The position numbers and the translations under genes are program-made. Below the pieces are notes generated by a model. It was not told where the DNA came from and did not search any database. It saw only the letters and a program-made list of their open reading frames with translations. Positions 56,079-64,000 of a stretch of DNA of 64,000 bases are shown piece after piece. The stretch covers positions 6,759 to 70,758 of the forward strand of contig LFSI01000083.1 in NCBI GenBank assembly GCA_001512545.1. The letters are read 5' to 3'. Origin of the DNA: Clostridia bacterium DTU065 (GTDB lineage Bacteria > Bacillota > DTU065). Numbering within the stretch: position 1 is the first letter of the stretch; each line of letters starts with the position of its first letter.

Positions 56079-56279
56079 TTGTCTAGTGAGCAGCAGCGCA
56101 TTGCAGTTGCATCAACCTGCAGTGAGTATGCACCAAGCATGCAGATGCTGAGGGGTTTCATAGAAACCCAAGGGGCAGAAGATGCCAGTTGTAGCTACTG
56201 TAAACACTGGTCCATCGAAGAGGATCAGTGCAAACTGGATATTTTTGATAGTCAGCTGACTAGTCTAGATCAAACATAA
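56079..56279 (+). CDS. small Cys-containing hypothetical protein
   Basis: 66-aa ORF ending inside a strong terminator hairpin. Cys residues include a CxxC pair (C38/C41, CSYCKHW) plus C14 and C51. No family recognised. Confidence 0.3.
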   Translation: MSSEQQRIAVASTCSEYAPSMQMLRGFIETQGAEDASCSYCKHWSIEEDQCKLDIFDSQLTSLDQT

Positions 56280-56308
56280 GTAGGGCGTTGCCCTACTTAT
56301 GTTTGTTT
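56272..56308 (+). terminator. rho-independent terminator
   Basis: aaacataagtaggg-cgtt-gccctacttatgttt 14-bp stem plus a T-rich tail. Confidence 0.8.
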
Positions 56309-56448
56309 AAAACGCCAGTAACCCGGAGGTAGTCTTTAGGTCTCAAGTGGCAAATAAAGACAAGTTTGAAAGTTAGAGGAAGAAGGTATTATAGTTTCAA
56401 TTAGCCAATAGTAAAAACAACTGCACGCGAACTTAAGGGGGGCTATCA

Positions 56449-57651
56449 GTGAAGAAGGTCTGCACCATACTTTGCATCATTAGTATCTTGAGCTTAGGCG
56501 TTTTTGCTAAATCCGTTTGGGAATTGGGTCTCGGTCTCACTGAGATTGAGGATACTTACTACGGTTCGTTCAGCTTCCGTCCGGACATTAAAGTCGGCAA
56601 ACTCGGTCTCGGGCTTTCGCTCACGTTGCATTTCAATGCTCAGGGATTACGCCTGGAGGACTGGCAGGATAATGGTAACTTCAGCATCACCAAATCACTT
56701 GCCAGAGTAGTGCGCTATGTTTCCTGGGCAGAGCTCGGTGATCCCGTGTACTTCAGGTTGGGAGAGCTCAGCAATGTTTATGTGGCTAACGGTTTGATCA
56801 TGGACGGTTACCGCAATCTGTCCGCCTACGAGATTAGAAGCGATATCAGGAAGCTAGGCGTTGACCTGGCGGGAGATGCGGGCATCCTCGGAGCTCATGT
56901 AATGGTAAACGATGCTCTGAAGCCGGAACTGTTCGTGCTTCATCCTTACGTCAGACCCCTGTATTTTGTTGACGGCATTCCCGGCTTTTTGAAGAACACT
57001 TCTGTAGGTGTGGTCTACGCCAGAGATACCAGACCAGCTTACAAAATGCCGTATGCTTACGGTTTGGATTTGACCATGCCGCTTTTAAGGAACTTTGTCT
57101 TTTACTTCCACACTGCGGAACTGGCAAACAACTCCCGTGGACATGCTGTCGGAGCTAGATCCAACCTTGGACCTCTCTATCTGCGTGGAGAATACAGAGT
57201 TTACGGCGAGGACTTCAGACCTGCAGTCTACGACTGGCAGTACGAGGACTACGGAACAGCAATGGTGCTCCAGTCGCCAAAGGCAAATGGCTATATGGCT
57301 GAAGCCGGTTTCTCGTTACTGCAGGACAACTTGTACTTCAACATCCGCTACGACAACATGATGATCGAAGGGCAGGATTCGGTACCAACCCTTACAGGAC
57401 GTGCCGTCATCGGATCTGACCTGTTTGCTGCCGTTACCGGACGCAAGGGGCAACTGGAGGCAAGCTACAGCCAGCTGAACTTCGTGAAGATCGGTGATTT
57501 TACCAACCAGAGAACGAAGATCGACGCAGCGGTTAGCTTAGAGCTCTACCGTGGGCTCATGGGCCGCTATGTGTACACCGTTACCTTCACCGAGAACAGC
57601 ACCCCTGTCAGATTCCAAGCCTTTGAAGTGGTTCTAGGCGGAGGATTCTAG
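56449..57651 (+). CDS. secreted beta-rich protein, outer-membrane beta-barrel-like
   Basis: Signal peptide MKKVCTILCIISILSLGVFA. Alternating hydrophobic/aromatic strands. The C-terminus ...RFQAFEVVLGGGF ends in Phe, like an OMP beta-signal. Confidence 0.4.
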   Translation: MKKVCTILCIISILSLGVFAKSVWELGLGLTEIEDTYYGSFSFRPDIKVGKLGLGLSLTLHFNAQGLRLEDWQDNGNFSITKSLARVVRYVSWAELGDPVYFRLGELSNVYVANGLIMDGYRNLSAYEIRSDIRKLGVDLAGDAGILGAHVMVNDALKPELFVLHPYVRPLYFVDGIPGFLKNTSVGVVYARDTRPAYKMPYAYGLDLTMPLLRNFVFYFHTAELANNSRGHAVGARSNLGPLYLRGEYRVYGEDFRPAVYDWQYEDYGTAMVLQSPKANGYMAEAGFSLLQDNLYFNIRYDNMMIEGQDSVPTLTGRAVIGSDLFAAVTGRKGQLEASYSQLNFVKIGDFTNQRTKIDAAVSLELYRGLMGRYVYTVTFTENSTPVRFQAFEVVLGGGF

Positions 57652-57757
57652 ACAGGCATCCCCCCTTTATTTTACACAGGCTAAAGGAGTTAGAGTTTTG
57701 ACAACGAAGTCTAACTTAGCCAGAAATGACTCAACATTCTATAAAGGGGGTTTTTTG

Positions 57758-58435
57758 GTGGGCAAAAGAAGTTTGGTGCTGTTGGTACTGCTTCTCGTTG
57801 GGAGTATGTGCTTGGCTGCTGCAGCCGAGTCCGGTGAGCTGATTCTTCCGGATTTCCTTGCTGGCAAGGTGCCGGCTTTTGTGGACGATTTCGACAACCT
57901 CGACAACTGGATCGAGGAAGAGGACTTCGAGTTCAACCAGTGGGCAATCACCACCAAAGGTTTCTTGAAGGTCCAAGATGGAGTGCTCTTTAGGGAGACT
58001 GCAGGAAACTCTGGTCTGAAACTGAAGAACTTGGAGATTGTAGATGCGGCAGTAGCAGTACGCATCCGCATGGCAAAAGTCCCAGAGTCCGGAACAGTCG
58101 GTGCTAGAATTCACTTAAGAAACGCCGAGATGAACTGGTGCTACGGCAGGGGAATCAACGCTTCTAGCTATAGCTATGAGCTGGCAACATGGCACGGCAA
58201 GGGCAACGATAAGAAAGCCATAGTTGGCCCACAATCGCCAACTGCTCAGTTTACAGAAGAGTTAGGCTGGGCAACCATTACTGCAGTTATTCAGGGGAAT
58301 AAACTGAGCTATTACTTAAACGGCGAGCTCATCGCCGAAAGCGATGATCCCGAATCCCCATTTGCCAAAGGCGGAATCTTCCTGTCTCTGACTCACAATA
58401 TGGAAATTGACAAGATAGCTGTTTATACGTTATAG
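57758..58435 (+). CDS. secreted LamG/DUF1080-like jelly-roll protein
   Basis: Signal peptide. W..E..F..W....FLKVQDGVL pattern. GTG 57758 with an aaaggggg SD. Confidence 0.4.
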   Translation: MGKRSLVLLVLLLVGSMCLAAAAESGELILPDFLAGKVPAFVDDFDNLDNWIEEEDFEFNQWAITTKGFLKVQDGVLFRETAGNSGLKLKNLEIVDAAVAVRIRMAKVPESGTVGARIHLRNAEMNWCYGRGINASSYSYELATWHGKGNDKKAIVGPQSPTAQFTEELGWATITAVIQGNKLSYYLNGELIAESDDPESPFAKGGIFLSLTHNMEIDKIAVYTL

Positions 58436-58610
58436 AAACTAGACAGGCGCTCTGTGAAAAGCGCCTGTTTTTCTTTAGAAGGAATTTTCTGCTGTCAGTG
58501 GAATAATTAAGTGGCAGAAAAGGCGAGCAAAACCGTTAGGTTTATGCCAATAGCTTTTGCCGCCAACAAAACGCAGCTGTATCAAGCTGCAGAAAACGGG
58601 GGTGTACTTT

Positions 58611-59201
58611 ATGAAAAGAGGTTTGTTGTTGGCTTTGATTCTGGTTTTAAGTGCCGTCGCATTGGCAGCTCCCACAAACTTAGCCCTTAACAAAGAGTAT
58701 GTCTTTAACATCGGGGCTCACGCCAACTATCCCGATAGCGGCAATGAACTTACAGACGGCAAATATGCACGGGCTGTAGGTTATGGCGATCCCGACTTCT
58801 TTGCTGTTTTGCGCGAAGACTATCGTATAGTGGTCATCGACTTAGAAGCAGTTTACAAGATTGATAAAGTGCTCTGTAACTTCCTCAATCAATACGATGT
58901 CGGTTGCTATCGTCCAAGTCAGATCGCACTGTCCTTGTCCGAGGACGGCAGGAGATGGAGATCTGCAGATTATCAGGAAGTCTATGAGGATGAACTGCCA
59001 AAGACCGGTACCTACCTCCATCGCTATGAACTTGATGGAGGCGGAATGAAGGCCAGGTACGTAGCTGTTAAGTTCAACTGCGAAATCTGGGTATTTATCG
59101 ATGAGTTCGAGGTAATCGGCGATCCCGATACCAAACAGGAGTCTACAGCAAAAATCAGCGTCTACGACATCGACTTCGAAGACATCGATTTCGAGTTCTA
59201 G
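58611..59201 (+). CDS. secreted discoidin (F5/8 type C)-like domain protein, paralogue 1
   Basis: Signal peptide. TNLALNKEY..., TDG, IVVIDLEAVYKIDKV, LSLSEDGRRW, ARYVAVKF..WVFIDEFEV.GDP. Acidic tail VYDIDFEDIDFEF. Confidence 0.55.
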   Translation: MKRGLLLALILVLSAVALAAPTNLALNKEYVFNIGAHANYPDSGNELTDGKYARAVGYGDPDFFAVLREDYRIVVIDLEAVYKIDKVLCNFLNQYDVGCYRPSQIALSLSEDGRRWRSADYQEVYEDELPKTGTYLHRYELDGGGMKARYVAVKFNCEIWVFIDEFEVIGDPDTKQESTAKISVYDIDFEDIDFEF

Positions 59202-59224
59202 ACCAAAGTAGATCCAAAAGAGCC

Positions 59225-59254
59225 GCCGGGTTTCTTGGAAACCCGGCTTTTTTT
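59225..59254 (+). terminator. rho-independent terminator
   Basis: gccgggttt-cttgg-aaacccggc hairpin plus T7. Confidence 0.85.
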
Positions 59255-59420
59255 GTGTGAGAAGTTGAGCCAAAAAACACTAGTGAACAGCAGATCCATG
59301 GCAGAAGTAGCAGGAAATAATTCCTTTCGGTGGAATAATAACACTAAATGAAGATGTGCCGGCTCAAGGGCTTTAAGTGAGCTGCACGTTCATTCAAGAG
59401 AATAAAGAGGGGTGTACGTA

Positions 59421-60014
59421 ATGAAAAAAGGTTTGTTGTTGTTGATCGTAGTACTTGTTTTCAGCTCAATGGTGCTTGCTGCCGATACGAACTTGGCACT
59501 GGGCAAGGAATACGTTTTCAACATTGAGTCCGATCCAACCTATCCTGACAACGGTTCCATGCTCACCGACGGAGTTCGCGCAAATGCCGCATACTACAGA
59601 AACGCTGCTTACTTCGGCCACTTGAGACAGGACTACCGCATTGTGGTTATCGACCTTGAAGCAGTTTACAAGATCGACAAAGTTCTCTGCCACTTCCTCA
59701 ATCAGCAGGATGTAGGTATTGGACGTCCTGAGATCGTCGGACTTTCCCTGTCCGAAGACGGTAGAAGATGGAGATCTGTGGATTACGTTGAGCTTTGGGA
59801 AGATGAAAAGCCCAAGACAGGCACATATCAACAGACCTTTGAACTGAGAGGCGGAGGAATGAAGGCCAGATACGTTGCTGTCAAGTTTGACACTGCAGTT
59901 TGGGTCTTCATCGATGAGTTTGAGGTCTTTGGCGATCCTAGCACCAAAGAAGAATCCACCGCTAAAGTCGACGTTTACGATATCGACTTTGAAGAGATCG
60001 ATTTCGAGTTCTAA
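59421..60014 (+). CDS. secreted discoidin (F5/8 type C)-like domain protein, paralogue 2
   Basis: Colinear with 58611-59201, with long identical blocks (DYRIVVIDLEAVYKIDKVLC, LSLSEDGRRWRS, GGGMKARYVAVKF, WVFIDEFEV). Tail VYDIDFEEIDFEF. Confidence 0.55.
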   Translation: MKKGLLLLIVVLVFSSMVLAADTNLALGKEYVFNIESDPTYPDNGSMLTDGVRANAAYYRNAAYFGHLRQDYRIVVIDLEAVYKIDKVLCHFLNQQDVGIGRPEIVGLSLSEDGRRWRSVDYVELWEDEKPKTGTYQQTFELRGGGMKARYVAVKFDTAVWVFIDEFEVFGDPSTKEESTAKVDVYDIDFEEIDFEF

Positions 60015-60027
60015 GACTAGCTTGATT

Positions 60028-60055
60028 GAAGGTGGCACGAGCCGCCTTCTTTTTA
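60028..60055 (+). terminator. rho-independent terminator
   Basis: gaaggtggc-acga-gccgccttc hairpin plus T5. Confidence 0.75.
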
Positions 60056-60073
60056 TTGAAAGGGAGTTTGGAG

Positions 60074-61105
60074 ATGGACATCGTTGAAGTGGTAAATCAG
60101 GCTCCTGTTGGATTTCAAGATACCGGAGGGTTGGAGTTGATAGGGCCGGAAGACACTCTATTGGATTGGCAGCAGAAAAGGGAGGACATTAAACGTGCTT
60201 GGAGCGATTTTTTAGGAACCCCGCCTTATGGAAAACTCGGCCTGGAGTTTGTGGAGCACCCTTGGGAGGAAAGACCGGACTACACCGGCCGCTTCGTCTA
60301 CATCAAGACCGAGCCCGACTACTATGAGAAACACTATCTTCTGGTGCCGAAAAAGGCACAGAAGAAGCATCCTGCGGTCCTTGTTCCCTACTACGACATC
60401 GACACGATGGTCGGGGAGAAGAAGGGAGGAGCGCACTTCACCGACACCCCAGCCAGATTCTTTGCATTGGAACTGGTGCGGAGGGGCTACGTAGTTCTTG
60501 CAGCTAGGTGGTTCTACCAGGGGCAGACTGAAGGAGAAACTCTCAGCCACTACTACGAAGGTGTCAAACGCATGGAGCAAGTCTATCCGGGTTTCAAGGG
60601 ACTCAGCAAGATCGTCAGCGATCTGGGGTACGCCCTGGACTACCTAGAAAGCCTTGACTTCGTGGACAGCGAACGCATCGGTGTTGTGGGGCACTCCCTC
60701 GGGGGCAAGATGGGCCTGTACATCGCGGCATTTGACGGGAGAATTGCCGCTAGCGTATTAAGTGAGCTGGGAATCGGCATGTCTTTTAGCAACTGGGATG
60801 CCCCGTGGTATCTCGGATCCGAGGTGCGTAGCGAAGACTTTTCTCTCGACCACCACCAGCTTCTAGGCCTCATTGCGCCAAGACCGGTTTTGCTCATTGC
60901 TGGAGACGATGCTGACACCGATAAGAGCTGGTACTACGTCAACTGCGCCAAAAGCGTCTACGATCTGTGGGGATGCAGGGAACGGATCGGACTCTACAAC
61001 CACCGTAGTGGCCATTCGCCCACAAAAGAAGCCATGGAGATCGCCTACACATGGCTCGACCGGTACTTAAAACCGGAGCAGGGAAGCGGTCGAGCAGAGA
61101 AGTAG
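60074..61105 (+). CDS. alpha/beta hydrolase (dienelactone hydrolase / acetyl-esterase-like)
   Basis: VVGHSLGGKMG nucleophile elbow, ...AGDDADTD, HRSGH. ATG 60074 with a gggag SD, downstream of the preceding terminator. Confidence 0.7.
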   Translation: MDIVEVVNQAPVGFQDTGGLELIGPEDTLLDWQQKREDIKRAWSDFLGTPPYGKLGLEFVEHPWEERPDYTGRFVYIKTEPDYYEKHYLLVPKKAQKKHPAVLVPYYDIDTMVGEKKGGAHFTDTPARFFALELVRRGYVVLAARWFYQGQTEGETLSHYYEGVKRMEQVYPGFKGLSKIVSDLGYALDYLESLDFVDSERIGVVGHSLGGKMGLYIAAFDGRIAASVLSELGIGMSFSNWDAPWYLGSEVRSEDFSLDHHQLLGLIAPRPVLLIAGDDADTDKSWYYVNCAKSVYDLWGCRERIGLYNHRSGHSPTKEAMEIAYTWLDRYLKPEQGSGRAEK

Positions 61106-61173
61106 CATCTTGATTTTCTAAAGCGCGGTAAAGCTTTCAGGAAGGTTCAGTCGAAAGGTTTGACACCGTGCAT

Positions 61174-61220
61174 CAGCCCTCTTCTTGGAAAACCACCAGA
61201 GGGCTGGTTGCTTTGTTTTC
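61174..61220 (+). terminator. terminator-like hairpin
   Basis: cagccctct ... agagggctg 9-bp stem followed by gttgctttgtttt. Confidence 0.55.
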
Positions 61221-61326
61221 TCTTTGCGAGTAAAAAGCAACACCCGAAAAAGTGCTGTGAGACTTGCCTTTTCCGCGTACGGTAAATGAGCGAACTGCGT
61301 TAACAGTGTATCCAGATAAAAAAGCG

Positions 61327-61365
61327 ACGTCCATACAACGTTGATATTTCAACGTTTATGGACGT
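61327..61365. repeat. AACGTT-core hairpin, copy 1
   Basis: acgtccata(c)aacgttga-tatt-tcaacgtttatggacgt, 17 bp with one bulge. Shares the core a[ct]aaacgttg / caacgtttat with the hairpin at 63437-63474. Confidence 0.7.
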
Positions 61366-61589
61366 TCTTTGTTAGCGTAGGTGGTTAAACCCGAAAGATA
61401 GCCTCGGCGGGGTAGACGAGCTTACCTCGTCTTTCATGTTTACCGGAGGTAAAGCTAAGAGACTTCAAGGATTGTAGGTTGATGGGGTTGGCGTCAAGTG
61501 AAAACAAGAGATCTAATGAAAGAAGGAAAAAACAGAAACAGAGAGAAATTTGTAGACCAAAATGCATTTTTTGGGCTTGATCGTCGTGC

Positions 61590-63075
61590 ATGCTGAGTTT
61601 TTCACTACAAAGAGCATTGTACTTGGGATTTTGGCTGTTTTCACTCTCACGTTCATGGATGACTCTCTGCAATAGGAGGAGGAGTGTAATAACGAAAGAG
61701 GAAATCAATACCGCTTACTTTCGCTTGGTCGTTCAGTATACTCCAGAGTTAAACCCAGAAAAGATTCATCTGATAAGAAACGCGTACGAGACGCTGACAG
61801 ATCCCAAAGCTAGGTTAAACTACGATGCGCAGCTTGCCTCCAACAGCGAGGTTAAGCAACTCTGTGACGAAGGCCACCGAGCTATGATGGATCAAGACTG
61901 GGTTGGTGCCATAAACAGTTTCAAAAGAAGTTCTGGAGAGTGCTCCAAGTCTTGATGCAGTGTGGAACTTGCTGGGGCTTGCCCATTCGTTCAATAAGAA
62001 CTTCGATGAAGCTGAGCGAGCGTTTAGGAAAGCATCCGAGCTTGCACCGGATGTGGCGTTGTACTGGACGAACTTGAGTTCGCTCCTCAGAGACAAAGGG
62101 AGACTGTCTGAGAACAGCCATCTAACCACATTAGCTAGAGAGTGTTCTCACAAGGCAATAGATTTGCAGCCCCAGAACGCAAGGCTTTATGTAGATGTGG
62201 CCTTAACCTACTTAGATGAAAGCGATTTTTCCGCAGCCCGTCAATGGCTCGATCGAGGGCTTTCTTGTGAAGCCAAGACTGCGATGGATGAGCTTGAAGC
62301 TTTGTTGGTTCTTGCGGAACTACACGTGAAAGCAAAAGACTACGAAAAAGTCAAAGATGTGGCAGAACAAGTCAAAAACATCCCTGAAGCAACAATACCA
62401 GTCATCGCTTATGCGTCTAAAAGACTTACATCTTTGGGATTCGAGATGTTCAAAGCCAACGACTACTTCAGTGCATTGGCCATGGTTGAGGCCGCACAGT
62501 TTCTTTACTATAAGAAAGAGCGCGTTGGACTAGAAGTGGAACTGAGAAGTGCAGTCGATTGCCTTAACGAGTTCAGCGCTTTGGAAACCGATTCGCAAGT
62601 TATCGAGCCTGTAAAGCGCTTAGCTTCGATGATGGTCTCCAGACTTCTCGACGAAGATGAAATTCCCTACAGCGCTTTTATTGATGTATACCTGAGCTTG
62701 AAAGACTATCAAGGCTCCGCTGTAGTTTCATCTTTTGAACGCTTGAAAAGCGCTTATCCGAACATCGTAAGCATCAGTCCAGAAACGATTGACGAAGCAA
62801 GGGAAAAGGGTGTCATGTTGATGGAGCTCGACGAACTTGAGAAAGACGATTCGGTAGTTCAACCTGTCAAAGACCTCTGCCGATACATCTGTCACAATGC
62901 TTTAGGTGGTGGCAGAGACGGGACGGTCATTGGTATGATCGGTACGGCTATTGACAACACCCCTACAAAGCTTCTCCGCGCATCAGTAACTAGTGTACGA
63001 AAAAAATACCCAAAGATCTACAGTTCACAAAAGCAGCTTTTTGACGAGTTAGTTCGTGCATCGCGACGTTGGTGA
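61590..63075 (+). pseudogene. J-domain-like (HPD replaced by TPE) + TPR-repeat protein, reading frame broken by a +1 shift at an A4 run
   Basis: Frame A (61590-61955) encodes INTAYFRLVVQYTPELNPEKIHLIRNAYETLTDPKARLNYD...AINSFK and then stops. Frame B is open from 61915 and continues EVLESAPSLDAVWNLLGLAHSF... (TPR). Dropping one A of aaaa (61923-61926) fuses them into one TPR helix. The true start is uncertain. Confidence 0.6.
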
Positions 63076-63151
63076 GCCCCAACTTTTTCCAACGTAGAGA
63101 TGTCTGAACTGCTCCCTGTAAAGTAGACAGTAGAAATATCTAAAGTACCAA

Positions 63152-63181
63152 AGCACCAATCAACTCGGTTGGTGCTCTTTT
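63152..63181 (+). terminator. terminator-like hairpin
   Basis: agcaccaa-loop-ttggtgct followed by cttttc. Confidence 0.5.
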
Positions 63182-63436
63182 CGAGTGAAGTCCGATAGAA
63201 GCACAAAAAGGAAAGCCATTATTACTTGAAAAAGTTGTTGCACACTTTCCATAGTACGGAAGACACTTTGAGGACCTTTACTATATGGGATTGGCTAGCT
63301 ACCGGTGAGAAACACAAAGCGTGTTGAGAGTTTTCAATGGTTATTTGACAATCGAGGAACCCCAGAGCGTTCTTCTTTTCCGCACTACAGCAAAATGAAA
63401 GAACTGTTTTAGTGTGTAGATACAACAACAAACACT

Positions 63437-63474
63437 ACGCCAATAAACGTTGGCAGTTCAACGTTTATTGGCGT
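63437..63474. repeat. AACGTT-core hairpin, copy 2
   Basis: acgccaataaacgttg-gcagtt-caacgtttattggcgt, 16-bp perfect stem followed by tttt. Confidence 0.7.
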
Positions 63475-63823
63475 TTTCTACTGGTGGAAGTTGTCAAACT
63501 CGGGAGGACGGTTGTTTTTACAAGCTCGATACGCGCAATGAGGGCCTTTTCTTAAGAAGGTCGGAAGAGAGTAGATGCTTCGTTTTTTCAGAGACGTGGA
63601 GAAAAACTGAGGTATCCTTTTTGGAATGAAAAGTCGAATGGATGAACCAGATCTTTTCCTGACTTAGAGTACTGATGTCATTTATTAGTCCAAAATAAGG
63701 TTAGAACGTCCAGATCTGTGGTACTATGGATTAGTCTGTGCAATTGTCCGTTTGAAATCACGGGTTACACACGGGAAACACAGCAAACGCAGTTTGCATG
63801 TACCTACAAGGAGGTCCTATTCA

Positions 63824-64000
63824 TTGACACAGAAAACCCTATCAGCACGGGTTAGAACGGAACTGCCAGAAAACCTCACAGAGTTCATTTGGCAGCTGGC
63901 AGAAGCAGCTAGAGAACGCAGCAGGCTTCAAAGAGAGGAAATTCAGGTCTTTGAGCTTAGCCCCATCAATCACAGTGCAATCGTTGAGAACCAAATGGTA
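63824..64000 (+). CDS. DUF960-like protein, 3' end outside window
   Basis: TTG 63824, 9 nt after an aaggagg SD; open to the window end (59 codons). RVRTELPENLTEFIWQLAE...EEIQVFEL...IVENQ resembles the DUF960 pattern seen on Firmicute conjugative elements and phages. This is from memory and is weak. Confidence 0.35.
   Translation, partial: MTQKTLSARVRTELPENLTEFIWQLAEAARERSRLQREEIQVFELSPINHSAIVENQMV

Noticed and set aside
61385-61708. 107-aa minus-strand ORF in the AT-rich spacer.
   Set aside because: It is low-complexity (L/F/S-rich), has no RBS and overlaps the start of the J-like gene on the other strand.

Overview
64-kb, almost entirely plus-strand, core-chromosome window from an endospore-forming Bacillota (Clostridia-like) genome. 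Sporulation genes (alpha/beta SASP, spoVS, spoVAC-AD-AE, ytfI/ytfJ-like, spoIIP, spoIVA) are interleaved with housekeeping operons: thpR-recA-recX-rny-ymdB, lysA, scpAB, rluB, an aromatic amino-acid operon with an aroH::hisC fusion, cmk-plsC-ispH::rpsA, der-plsY, hup, hom-thrC-thrB, tRNA-Pro and an EF-G paralogue. The last ~9 kb look more accessory: PduL, an OMP-like barrel, secreted lectin-like paralogues, esterases, a frameshifted J-like/TPR gene, AT-richer non-coding stretches and a DUF960-like ORF at the edge. The outstanding feature is recA. It is broken into five exons (298, 81, 248, 30 and 396 nt) by four group II introns (786, 712, 1338 and 824 nt). The exons join in frame to a 350-aa RecA. 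Every intron has a GU(A/G)CG 5' end, a 34-nt domain V, a D6-like 3' end finishing in AY, and a loop (EBS1) complementary to the last 6-7 nt of its own upstream exon. Only intron 3 carries an ORF, a reverse-transcriptase-dead, maturase-only protein. The introns form two paralogous pairs (CGC versus AGC catalytic triad in D5). The second notable locus is a HydABC-like NuoE/NuoF/[FeFe]-hydrogenase trio. Its NuoF-like subunit has lost the FMN/NADH motifs and its hydrogenase has a non-canonical P1 motif (PAFCPAV instead of TSCCPxW). No CRISPR array, rRNA or transposase was seen. All calls come from reading the sequence and from remembered family motifs; no searches were run.
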